Assembly: GCA_937902875.1 (NCBI GenBank)
Contig: CALFNL010000322.1
Location: 1 to 62,942 of the forward strand
Origin: an uncultured Bacteroidota bacterium
GTDB lineage: Bacteria > Bacteroidota > Bacteroidia > Chitinophagales > Chitinophagaceae
DNA: 62,942 bases
Reading direction: 5' to 3'
Each line of letters begins with the position of its first letter. Positions within the stretch are counted from its first letter, which is position 1. Below are positions 28,493 to 37,062 of the stretch, in pieces. The notes beneath the pieces are model-generated. The model searched no databases, was not told where the DNA came from, and saw nothing but the letters and a program-made list of their open reading frames with translations. Both the position numbers and the translations under genes were made by a program.

Positions 28493-29437
28493 ATGAATAT
28501 ACCGGTAGTTGATCTTTCAGACTTTATATCAGGTGACAAGAAAAGAAAAAAGGCTTTTGTGGATCAAATTGGTAAGGCTTATGAAGAGATTGGTTTTGTG
28601 GCTTTGAAAAACCATGGCATCCCAGATGAATTGATTGCGCGTTTGTACAAATATGTGCAACAGTTTTTCGCTTTGCCCTTAGAAAAGAAGCTCCACTATG
28701 AGGTCAAGGGTTTGGCTGGTCAGCGCGGTTATACTTCCTTTGGAAGGGAGCATGCTAAAGGCAGTGATGCCCCAGATCTTAAGGAGTTTTTTCAATATGG
28801 ACAGGTAGTGGATCCCAATGATCCTATCAGGAAAGAGTACCCCGACAATGTTGAAATAAGAGAAATTCCAGAGTTTAATACTACTTTTTTTAGCGCCTAC
28901 AGAGCGTTTGAAAAATCCGGAAAATCTCTATTGCGGGCCATCGCCCTCTATCTGGATTTAGATGAAATTTATTTTGACGACTATATTAATAAAGGCAATT
29001 CCATTCTCAGGGCCATTCACTACCCACCCATCACAAGGGAACCAGCATCGGCGATACGGGCGGAACAACACGAAGACATCAATCTGGTTACACTGCTGGT
29101 TGGGGCCAGTGCCGATGGCCTGCAAATATTGACCAGGCAGGGAAACTGGGTGCCTGTTACCTCTCTGCCCGAACAGATAGTTGTGAATGTGGGAGACATG
29201 TTACAGCGCCTCACCAATAATAAACTCCGGAGCACAACTCACCGGGTGGTGAATCCTCCGCGTGAACTATGGCATACGTCAAGGTTTTCGATACCATTTT
29301 TTCTTCATCCAAGAAGTTCAATGTCTCTTGCCTGCCTGGAAACCTGTATAGATTCGCAGCATCCAAAGGCATATCCTGATGCCACAGCCGGAGAATATCT
29401 TGACGAAAGGTTGAGGGAAATCGGACTAAAAAAATGA
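28493..29437 (+). CDS. 2-oxoglutarate/Fe(II)-dependent oxygenase (isopenicillin-N-synthase-like family)
   Basis: DIOX_N-like N-terminus (IPVVDLSDF...GFVALKNHGI). The facial triad context is HYPP...HEDINLVTLL...STTHRV. Confidence 0.8.
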   Translation: MNIPVVDLSDFISGDKKRKKAFVDQIGKAYEEIGFVALKNHGIPDELIARLYKYVQQFFALPLEKKLHYEVKGLAGQRGYTSFGREHAKGSDAPDLKEFFQYGQVVDPNDPIRKEYPDNVEIREIPEFNTTFFSAYRAFEKSGKSLLRAIALYLDLDEIYFDDYINKGNSILRAIHYPPITREPASAIRAEQHEDINLVTLLVGASADGLQILTRQGNWVPVTSLPEQIVVNVGDMLQRLTNNKLRSTTHRVVNPPRELWHTSRFSIPFFLHPRSSMSLACLETCIDSQHPKAYPDATAGEYLDERLREIGLKK

Positions 29438-29465
29438 ATTTGTTTATTGATTCTTTCTAAATGGT

Positions 29466-30748
29466 GTGGAATATCTAAATTCAAATCCTGACTCTCAACC
29501 CATCCGTTTGAAACTATTTCGCCATATATCGTTCCTGAAGGCTGTTGCATGGCATAGCATTACGGCTTTTGGCGGGCCACAGGGACATTTCGGAATGATG
29601 ATGAAAACCTTCGTTCAGCGCCGCAAGGATGTGACTGAGCAGGAACTGCTTGAATACAATGGCTTTTGCCAATTATTACCAGGAGCTTCCTCAACCCAAA
29701 CACTCACTCTGATAGGATATAAGCGCGGTGGGCTTCCACTGGCCATTATTACACTGGCAATTTGGATACTACCGGCCAGCGCCCTGATGGGAGGGCTATC
29801 TTTTTCAGTGGAATTCATCAAACGTGACATTTTCCAGTTTATAAAACCAATGGCCATCGGTTTTATAGCGTTTGCCGCATTCCGGGCCTTTACCTTGGTG
29901 GTGAAGAATCGTGTGGCCAGATACATTATGGTGATTAGCATGGTTGCCACTTATTTTCTCTTCAAAAGCCCCTGGATCTTCCCAATTGTAATTATTCTTG
30001 GTGGTATTATTACCAATTTCACGGAGCAAAAAGCCGAGAAAATTGAAATCCCTTACAGGCCCATCAAATGGGGTAATATTGTAATATTCCTTCCATTTTT
30101 CTTATCGCCGGATTCCTGAGTGAAGTAGCCAGGAAAAATGATTGGCAGGAAAGAAAAGCTTATAACCTCTTTGAGAATCTTTATCGTTTCGGAAGCCTGG
30201 TATTTGGTGGGGGAGATGTGCTGATGCCCCTGATGTATGAACAATATGTGGCCCGACCCGAAATGGAAAGAATCCAGGAAAAAAACCCGAATGTTATACG
30301 AATAGATAAGAATGATTTTCTGACCGGTTTCGGAATTGTAAGGGCCATTCCTGGTCCAGTTTTTTCCATTGCGGCCTTTACCGGCGGGAGTGCGCTACGG
30401 GGCGAAGGCAAAAAAATGCAATTGCTGGGCTGCGTGATTGGGGCCGTAGCTATTTTTCTGCCCAGCGCTTTGTTGGTACTATTCTTCTTCCCGGTATGGA
30501 ATAATCTGAAGAAATATGGAGGTATTTACCGCTCCTTAAAGGGTATAAATGCGGCTGTAGTGGGAATCATGGCGGCCTCGACGCTGTATCTGGCGAAGGA
30601 TATATCCATTATTGAAATATTGGATGGGCGCACCATTAGCTTTCTGAATCTCGGTGTGATTGCCTGCACTTTCCTGTTGCTCACTTTTACGCGCATACCC
30701 GCTCCCGTTATAGCTCTTGCCTGCCTCCTGCTGGGCTGGCTGTTTTAA
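29466..30748 (+). pseudogene. chrA: chromate-ion transporter (CHR family) gene interrupted by a frameshift (ORFs 29466-30119 and 30077/30218-30748)
   Basis: The first ORF has the CHR half-domain ([14 protein letters not shown]...[10 protein letters not shown]). The second frame is open from 30077 and encodes [44 protein letters not shown]..., a conserved second CHR half. There is no ATG/GTG/TTG before 30218. The two frames overlap across 30077-30119, around a T5 run at 30096-30100. Confidence 0.65.
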
Positions 30749-30749
30749 T

Positions 30750-31319
30750 TCAGCGGTAATACCCATTTCTTTCTATCTCTTCCTTAACTATATCCGGCAC
30801 CAGGTAGCGGATCGATTTCCTGTTCCGCACTAACTCACGTATTTGTGTAGCCGAAATTTGAAGCAACGGGGCATCCAGGACCCTTAGCAGCGGAGATTTG
30901 TTTTCGGGAATTTCAAAACCGGCACGTTTGTAAACGTAAATGGGATAGCGTTGGAGAATAATTTCAGGATTTTTCCATTTAGGCAAATTCTGAAAACTGT
31001 CACTTCCCATTATTATTGAGAATTGGTTCACTGGATATTTTTCTTCCAGGTATGCCAGGGTTTCAACCGTGTAGGAAGGCTTTGGCAAATAGAATTCAAT
31101 ATCAGATGCTTTGAGCCGGGTTTCTCCTTCTATGGCAAGGCGCAGCAGGTGTAATCGTTGGTACTCATTCAAAAGACCGGCAGATGGCTTCAGTGGATTT
31201 TGAGGAGAAACAATGAACCATACCTGGTCAAGGTCTGTAGTATTGGCGAGATAGCTGGCAATGATGAGATGTCCATGGTGAATAGGGTTAAAGGAACCAA
31301 AGTAGAGCCCGATATTCAT
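30750..31319 (-). CDS. nadD: nicotinate-nucleotide adenylyltransferase
   Basis: GLYFGSFNPIHHGHLIIA (HxGH motif) and the ISATQIR motif. 189 aa. Confidence 0.92.
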   Translation of the reverse strand: MNIGLYFGSFNPIHHGHLIIASYLANTTDLDQVWFIVSPQNPLKPSAGLLNEYQRLHLLRLAIEGETRLKASDIEFYLPKPSYTVETLAYLEEKYPVNQFSIIMGSDSFQNLPKWKNPEIILQRYPIYVYKRAGFEIPENKSPLLRVLDAPLLQISATQIRELVRNRKSIRYLVPDIVKEEIERNGYYR

Positions 31320-31345
31320 TTAGTGCTTTGAAAATCAATAAATAT

Positions 31346-31576
31346 TTATTGAACTAATTCCTCCACAAGTACTTTCTCCGCTTCATTTATCCTTAAGCTC
31401 AAATTGTATCCGGCCACCGAAACAGAAATAGGATCACCTAGAGGGGCCACCTGCTCAATGGTCACAATTTCACCGGGCACGAATCCCATTTCCATAAGTT
31501 TCAGAAAAATGTCGTCGTTTTCAAATTCTTTAATCACTACTGACACTCCAATACCTATTTCTGATAGTCTTTTCAT
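31346..31576 (-). CDS. feoA: FeoA-family (SH3-like) protein
   Basis: 76 aa. LMEMGFVPGEIVTIEQVAPLGDPISVSVAGYNLSLRINEAEKVLV is the typical FeoA pattern. Located 12.5 kb from feoB. Confidence 0.8.
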   Translation of the reverse strand: MKRLSEIGIGVSVVIKEFENDDIFLKLMEMGFVPGEIVTIEQVAPLGDPISVSVAGYNLSLRINEAEKVLVEELVQ

Positions 31577-31583
31577 CTTGGAG

Positions 31584-31591
31584 CAAATCTA
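31584..31591 (-). promoter_or_regulatory. -7 promoter motif TAnnTTTG for feoA-nadD
   Basis: The minus strand reads TAGATTTG, only 7 nt upstream of the feoA ATG. This implies a near-leaderless transcript. Confidence 0.35.
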
Positions 31592-31639
31592 TCGGTACAT
31601 TTTAGTAATAAGTTACGATTTTTGGAAAAGGAAATTCAT

Positions 31640-32065
31640 ATGGCTGATATACAATTTCATTCTTTGGTCAAAGGCGCCGAAATAAGAGACCGAAAACATC
31701 TAAAGGAATTTCTCAGGCGGATATTCAAGACTGAGGGGAAAAGGCTGATATCACTTCAGTATGTTCTCTGCTCCGATGATTACTTATTGAAGATCAATCG
31801 AATATACCTGCATCACGACTTCTACACAGATATTGTGACTTTTGATTTAGGCGACCCTTCCAAGGGGGTGGAAGGGGAGGTCTATATTAGTATTGACCGG
31901 ATTAGGGAAAATGCCCAAAAATTTAAGGTCAGCCTCAAATCAGAATTGCATAGAGTAATTTTTCATGGCGCCCTTCATCTTTGTGGGTATAAGGATAAGT
32001 TAAAAAGGGATCAAATTGAAATGAGAGCTGAGGAAAACCGTTTATTAGAAGAATATTTATCATAG
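31640..32065 (+). CDS. ybeY: rRNA maturation endoribonuclease YbeY
   Basis: HGALHLCGYKD zinc-binding motif (H-G-x-L-H-L-x-G-Y). I prefer the ATG at 31640 over the TTG at 31622. Confidence 0.9.
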   Translation: MADIQFHSLVKGAEIRDRKHLKEFLRRIFKTEGKRLISLQYVLCSDDYLLKINRIYLHHDFYTDIVTFDLGDPSKGVEGEVYISIDRIRENAQKFKVSLKSELHRVIFHGALHLCGYKDKLKRDQIEMRAEENRLLEEYLS

Positions 32066-32074
32066 ATCAATCTG

Positions 32075-32090
32075 GTTCCACGTGAAACAT
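32075..32090. repeat. left arm of a perfect 16-bp inverted repeat (GTTCCACGTGAAACAT)
   Basis: Exact reverse complement of 32747-32762. Contains the GTG start (32082) of the CAP-domain ORF. Confidence 0.9.
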
Positions 32091-32744
32091 CTCATTTTAT
32101 TTCTCAGTTTCTCATTTTCCGTACTCTATTCCATTGCGCAGGGTAGTATTATGCTCGAGGATAAAGAATTCCTTGTGCCACAGGAAAGAGATAGAACCAG
32201 ATTGGAGTGGTTAAATCAATTCCCAGCATTCAAGAGCCTCACTCCAGAGGAAAGGGATGTAATCTATTGGGTCAATTATGTCAGGGAAAATCCAAAGGAG
32301 TTTTATAAAATATATTTTTTACAATTTCTGAGGGATTTCCCGGGAATCGAGAATTCATATACAAATTCACTCAGGACTGACCTGCTTTCCACAAAACCCT
32401 TGAATCCTCTGGCCCCAAGTATTCTGCTGAACAATACCTCATTTAAGCATGCACGGGACCTTGCTGAAAACGCAAAGAAATTGAGCCATAATTCTACTGA
32501 TGGCAAATCATTCCAGCAACGAATGATAGAAGCAGGAATCAAGATATGTGCGCTCGAAAATATCTACGAAGGCAAGAAAAATGCCCTTGAAGCTGTGATT
32601 TTGCTGCTTATTGATAATAATACCCCCGGAGTCGGGCACAGAAAAACCCTTCTTGACAAAACCATTCATTCTATCGGCGTTTCCTTTGCCGACAAGAAGA
32701 ATGGAGTAGACTATATCCTGGTACAGGATTTTTCCTGCGATTAA
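32082..32744 (+). CDS. CAP/SCP/PR1-like domain protein, secreted
   Basis: Signal peptide MKHLILFLSFSFSVLYSIA. The CAP-like core is HARDLAENAKKLSHNSTDG...ENIYEG...GVGHRKTLLDKTIHSIGVSF. GTG start. Confidence 0.65.
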   Translation: MKHLILFLSFSFSVLYSIAQGSIMLEDKEFLVPQERDRTRLEWLNQFPAFKSLTPEERDVIYWVNYVRENPKEFYKIYFLQFLRDFPGIENSYTNSLRTDLLSTKPLNPLAPSILLNNTSFKHARDLAENAKKLSHNSTDGKSFQQRMIEAGIKICALENIYEGKKNALEAVILLLIDNNTPGVGHRKTLLDKTIHSIGVSFADKKNGVDYILVQDFSCD

Positions 32745-32746
32745 CA

Positions 32747-32762
32747 ATGTTTCACGTGGAAC
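32747..32762. repeat. right arm of a perfect 16-bp inverted repeat (ATGTTTCACGTGGAAC)
   Basis: Begins 3 nt after the TAA stop of the CAP-domain ORF and lies 60 nt upstream of the mnmG ATG. Confidence 0.9.
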
Positions 32763-32821
32763 TTCGTTGTGCGCCCCTCAGGAATTCTGCCAATTGAAAT
32801 TCATAATTGTAATTTTACCGA

Positions 32822-34687
32822 ATGTTTCCAGATTATGACGTGATAGTAGTTGGAGCTGGCCACGCCGGCTGCGAAGCCGCAGCAGCGGCAGCCAATATGG
32901 GGAGTAAGGTGTTACTCATAACCATGAATATGCAAACCATTGCCCAAATGAGCTGCAATCCCGCAATGGGAGGAATAGCTAAAGGGCAAATCGTGAGAGA
33001 AATTGATGCTCTTGGAGGATATTCAGGGATAGTGTCTGACCAATCCATGCTCCAATTCAGAATGCTAAATCGCTCCAAAGGACCTGCGATGTGGAGTCCG
33101 CGCTCACAAAATGATCGGATGCTCTTTTCCCAAAAATGGCGGCAAATGCTGGAAGAAACGCCAAATGTCCATCTGTACCAGGACATGGTCATTGGCCTCC
33201 TGTTGAAAAATGGGAATTGTAATGGGGTGATTACCGGACTAGGTCACCATATCAAATCAAAAACGGTTGTCCTGACAAATGGCACTTTTCTGAATGGCAT
33301 AATACATATCGGAGAAAAGAATTTCGGGGGAGGAAGAGCAGGCGAAAGGGCTGCAACCGGACTGACCGAACAATTGGTTGCAGCAGGATTCGAAAGTGAC
33401 AGACTCAAGACCGGTACACCTCCAAGAATTGATGGGAGAAGCCTAGACTATTCCAAGATGGAACAACAGGCCGGAGATGATGAAATCATTGGATTCAGTT
33501 TCCTCGATATACCGAAGATAAAAGCTGAAGAACAAAAAAGCTGCTGGATCACATATACCAACCAGAAAGTGCATGAAATACTAAAAACAGGATTCGATAG
33601 AAGCCCTATGTATTCCGGCAGAATTGAAGGAATTGGCCCGCGCTACTGCCCAAGCATTGAAGACAAGATCAATCGCTTCGCGGAAAGAGACCGCCATCAA
33701 CTTTTTGTAGAACCCGAAGGTTGGAATACCGTGGAAATCTATGTTAATGGATTCTCAACCTCCCTCCCTGAAGAAGTGCAATACGAAGCCCTTCGTAGTG
33801 TTCCGGGCTTTGAGAGTTGCAGAATGTTTCGTCCGGGATATGCGATCGAATATGATTATTTTCCACCTACCCAGCTCAGGTATTCTCTCGAAACAAAAAA
33901 TATTTCAAACCTGTTTTTTGCGGGCCAGATTAATGGCACAACAGGCTACGAAGAAGCGGCATGCCAGGGTATCATGGCCGGAATTAACGCGCATCTAAAA
34001 ACAATCGAAGCAGAACCTCTTATCCTGAAAAGAAGCGAGGCCTATATTGGTGTTTTAATTGATGATCTCATTAGTAAAGGAACGGAGGAACCCTACCGTA
34101 TGTTTACAAGCCGCGCTGAATTCAGAACCCTGCTAAGACAGGACAATGCAGACCTTCGCCTCACGGAGAAAAGCTTTCGCCTTGGTTTGGCCTCGAAGGA
34201 AAGAATGGAAAATGTGATTGCCAAAAAAGAACTCGTGTTAAGGATACGGCAGGAATTGGCCCAAACATATATTGAACCCGAAGAAATCAATCCTTACCTA
34301 AACCAAATTGAGTCATCGCCCCTGGTACAAAAACAAAAGGCGCTTCAGATACTGCTCAGACCCGATGTATCCCTACGATCAATGGTGGAAGCAATACCGA
34401 AACTTTCAACATTTAGCGAGTTTCAAATCGAATCATTGGAACAGGCCGAAATCCAGATTAAATACGAAGTATATATCGAAAAAGAAAAAGAACTCGTGGA
34501 AAAAATGAGCAAGCTGGAAGATCTTATGATACCCGAAAGCTTCAATTATGATAAGCTATCGGCTCTCTCCAATGAAGCCCGACAAAAATTTAACCGTATC
34601 AAGCCCCAAACTTTGGGACAGGCTTCGCGCATATCTGGCGTTAACCCCAGCGACGTTCAAATACTAATGGTGTACATGGGCCGCTGA
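32822..34687 (+). CDS. mnmG: tRNA uridine 5-carboxymethylaminomethyl modification enzyme MnmG (GidA)
   Basis: YDVIVVGAGHAGCEAA FAD motif, SCNPAMGGIAKG, GPRYCPSIEDK, FAGQINGTTGYEEAA. 621 aa. Confidence 0.96.
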   Translation: MFPDYDVIVVGAGHAGCEAAAAAANMGSKVLLITMNMQTIAQMSCNPAMGGIAKGQIVREIDALGGYSGIVSDQSMLQFRMLNRSKGPAMWSPRSQNDRMLFSQKWRQMLEETPNVHLYQDMVIGLLLKNGNCNGVITGLGHHIKSKTVVLTNGTFLNGIIHIGEKNFGGGRAGERAATGLTEQLVAAGFESDRLKTGTPPRIDGRSLDYSKMEQQAGDDEIIGFSFLDIPKIKAEEQKSCWITYTNQKVHEILKTGFDRSPMYSGRIEGIGPRYCPSIEDKINRFAERDRHQLFVEPEGWNTVEIYVNGFSTSLPEEVQYEALRSVPGFESCRMFRPGYAIEYDYFPPTQLRYSLETKNISNLFFAGQINGTTGYEEAACQGIMAGINAHLKTIEAEPLILKRSEAYIGVLIDDLISKGTEEPYRMFTSRAEFRTLLRQDNADLRLTEKSFRLGLASKERMENVIAKKELVLRIRQELAQTYIEPEEINPYLNQIESSPLVQKQKALQILLRPDVSLRSMVEAIPKLSTFSEFQIESLEQAEIQIKYEVYIEKEKELVEKMSKLEDLMIPESFNYDKLSALSNEARQKFNRIKPQTLGQASRISGVNPSDVQILMVYMGR

Positions 34688-34846
34688 CCAGGGCACAAAC
34701 TCATCATAATGAGAATAGCCTGGTTAAATCCTTTCTCAGCCGATTCTAACGTTACGGCCTAAGCGAAGCTGGCTCTGTTTCCAGACACAATACATCTCCT
34801 GGCGGAACCTGCCCCGGCCATCCATCTGGCCTGAATCAAAATAAAT

Positions 34847-34854
34847 TAACTTTG
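34847..34854 (+). promoter_or_regulatory. -7 promoter motif TAnnTTTG upstream of the YeeE/YedE pair
   Basis: TAACTTTG, 96 nt upstream of the ATG at 34950. Confidence 0.3.
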
Positions 34855-34949
34855 CTAAATGAAGACATTTTTAAAGAATATCAAATATGCACCAGTGCAC
34901 CTGCCCGGAGAAACTAAATAAGTAATAAACCAAGAAAACTATCATTTCC

Positions 34950-35513
34950 ATGCTTGAATTAATTCGAAGCCCCTGGCCCTGGTATATTGCCGGTCCGCTT
35001 ATTGGCCTCATGGTGCCCGCACTCCTGATAATGGGCAATAAAATCTTTGGTATATCTTCCTCCCTAAGGCATATTTGCGCCGCTTGCGTACCAGGGAATA
35101 TTTCATTTTTCAAATACAATTGGAAATTGGAAGCCTGGAATCTATTTCTGGTTGCAGGCGTGTTGATTGGAGGTTTTCTCGCCTACCGTTTTCTTTGGAA
35201 CCCAAATGAAATTAAACTCAACCCCAGGCTGATTCAATCTTTGCAGCAATCAGGCATCACCCATTTTGATGGACTTCTGCCTAAAGACCTTTTTTCCTTC
35301 CCGGCCCTGATGACCCCCAGGGGTCTCATATTTATGCTGCTGGGAGGATTTCTCGTCGGCTTCGGCACCAGATATGCAGGTGGCTGCACTTCCGGCCATT
35401 CCATCATGGGCCTCTCTAATCTGCAGTTGCCCTCCCTGGTGGCAACAGTATGCTTCATGGCAGGTGGATTTATCATGACAAATTTAATTCTGCCCCTGCT
35501 ACTAAAGCTCTAA
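34950..35513 (+). CDS. YeeE/YedE-family (DUF395) sulfur/selenium-compound transporter component, half-size
   Basis: Polytopic, with the conserved [16 protein letters not shown] motif. Confidence 0.8.
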   Translation: MLELIRSPWPWYIAGPLIGLMVPALLIMGNKIFGISSSLRHICAACVPGNISFFKYNWKLEAWNLFLVAGVLIGGFLAYRFLWNPNEIKLNPRLIQSLQQSGITHFDGLLPKDLFSFPALMTPRGLIFMLLGGFLVGFGTRYAGGCTSGHSIMGLSNLQLPSLVATVCFMAGGFIMTNLILPLLLKL

Positions 35514-35523
35514 ATTAAGTTCT

Positions 35524-36048
35524 ATGCAGTTAAAAGAAACTACAATGCAAAAGACGCTCCTGAATACAAACACTGATTTTGAAGTAAGGTCTCTCGATTC
35601 CATGTGCATCAATGAATCCGAAATCCGGCACCCCTGGTGGCATAATCTGAAATATCTCGCAGTCGGCATAATATTCGGGATCATATTGGTAAAATCCGAA
35701 GTCGTGTCCTGGTTTCGCATACAGGAGATGTTCAGGCTCCAGAGTTTTCATATGTATGGTGTAATTGGTTCAGCAGTGGCCACGGGAATCATCTCCATCC
35801 AGCTCATTAAGAAATTCGGAATCAAGACCCTATACGGAGAGCCCATTGCCATTCACCCCAAACGGTTCAACAAGGGCCAAATTTATGGCGGACTATTATT
35901 CGGCCTGGGATGGGCCCTGACAGGCGCGTGCCCGGGACCGTTATACGCCCTCATCGGCACAGGTGCTTATGTAATAGCAGTGGTGTTGCTTAGCGCAATT
36001 GCAGGAACCTGGGTTTACGGCCTGGTCAGGGATAAAATGCCACACTGA
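35524..36048 (+). CDS. YeeE/YedE-family (DUF395) transporter component, second half-size subunit
   Basis: Polytopic, with the GWALTGACPGPLYALIG motif. Located 10 bp after the first half. Confidence 0.75.
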   Translation: MQLKETTMQKTLLNTNTDFEVRSLDSMCINESEIRHPWWHNLKYLAVGIIFGIILVKSEVVSWFRIQEMFRLQSFHMYGVIGSAVATGIISIQLIKKFGIKTLYGEPIAIHPKRFNKGQIYGGLLFGLGWALTGACPGPLYALIGTGAYVIAVVLLSAIAGTWVYGLVRDKMPH

Positions 36049-36094
36049 ATAAATAAGTTATTAGTGAATAGCACTCATCTCTTTCTCCTGTATA

Positions 36095-36124
36095 AAAAAC
36101 CCAGGCCTTATCAAAAAGCCTGGG
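36095..36124 (-). terminator. hairpin with a T-tract on the minus strand (possible terminator in a convergent gap)
   Basis: CCCAGGC (36100-36106) pairs with GCCTGGG (36118-36124). The A5 run on the plus side becomes T5 after the stem on the minus strand. It sits about 210 nt after the HAD gene stop. Confidence 0.4.
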
Positions 36125-36334
36125 TGTGGGAATCAACAACCGTCCTAAAACCGAATATTTTAAGTAATTATTTTCTCGATCTTATCAACAATGCTTCCGC
36201 TGACATTCCACGAAATCCAATTCTAAAAAAATGCTACCAATATTATAGACAGGAATTTTCCCTTTCGGTATGGGATAAGGAGTGAATTGAAAGAAAACTT
36301 TAACAATTGTTGTTACTGGAATGCTAAAGAAGGC

Positions 36335-36946
36335 TCATAAAAGTTCGAGATCTTTCAAAGACTTCCTGAATTGCGCAGGAGACTGAAAATGAACAGTTTC
36401 CATGCCCAAATCTTTTGCAGGAATCAGATTGCGCGAATTGTCATCCGTGTATAAAGCCTTTCGGGGATCAATAGAGAATCTGTTGATCAGGGTCTTATAT
36501 ATTTGCGGAAAAGGTTTACGCGTCTTTTCTTCACCACTTACAACTCTCCCATCAAACCAGTTCAGAAATTCATACATCTCAACCGCAAGCGGGAAGGTTT
36601 CCGCACTCCAATTTGTTAATGCATAAAACTTGTATTTGCCGCTATCTTTAAGATTCTGAAATATGTCAACGCTTTCCTGAATGGGGCCGTTCAGCATTTC
36701 GGTCCATCGCCCATAATACATTCGGACATATTCCTGATACTCCGGGAACTTATTCACCAAGAATTCCGTGGCATCCTTAATTGACCTGCCGGCATCCTGC
36801 TCCAGATTCCACTCAGGCGTGCAAACATTTTTATAAAACCATTGCATTTCCGCATCGCTCTTGAAAACCTTCCTGTATAAATAATCGGGATTCCAATCTA
36901 CCAGAACACCACCCAAATCATAAATAATTGTATTTATCTCAGCCAT
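36335..36946 (-). CDS. HAD-superfamily hydrolase (subfamily IA)
   Basis: Motif I IIYDLGGVLVDW, then ALTNWS, and motif IV-like LYTDDNSRN. Confidence 0.8.
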   Translation of the reverse strand: MAEINTIIYDLGGVLVDWNPDYLYRKVFKSDAEMQWFYKNVCTPEWNLEQDAGRSIKDATEFLVNKFPEYQEYVRMYYGRWTEMLNGPIQESVDIFQNLKDSGKYKFYALTNWSAETFPLAVEMYEFLNWFDGRVVSGEEKTRKPFPQIYKTLINRFSIDPRKALYTDDNSRNLIPAKDLGMETVHFQSPAQFRKSLKDLELL

Positions 36947-37062
36947 TTTTAAATTTATTTTTTATAAAGTATTGTCGATAAAATAAGATCGCTTAAAAGC
37001 CCGCCAATCATCAACCTTTCTACGCAGTTAACTAATATTAAACCCAAGCCATAAAAATCGCA

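Noticed and set aside
30117-30119. The TGA ending the first chrA ORF, considered as a possible selenocysteine codon because selD is present.
   Set aside because: The conserved continuation is in a different reading frame, so read-through of the TGA would not restore the protein. No selA, selB or selC is in the window.
34688-34949. Possible riboswitch or leader structure in the 262-bp mnmG / yeeE spacer.
   Set aside because: Only weak short stems are present, and I saw no match to riboswitch cores I can recognise by eye (TPP, SAM, cobalamin, yybP-ykoY). This cannot be excluded without a covariance-model search.
36064-36285. 73-aa ORF in the convergent gap after the YeeE/YedE pair.
   Set aside because: It overlaps a hairpin/terminator-like element, has no signal or motif, and its start is non-ATG.
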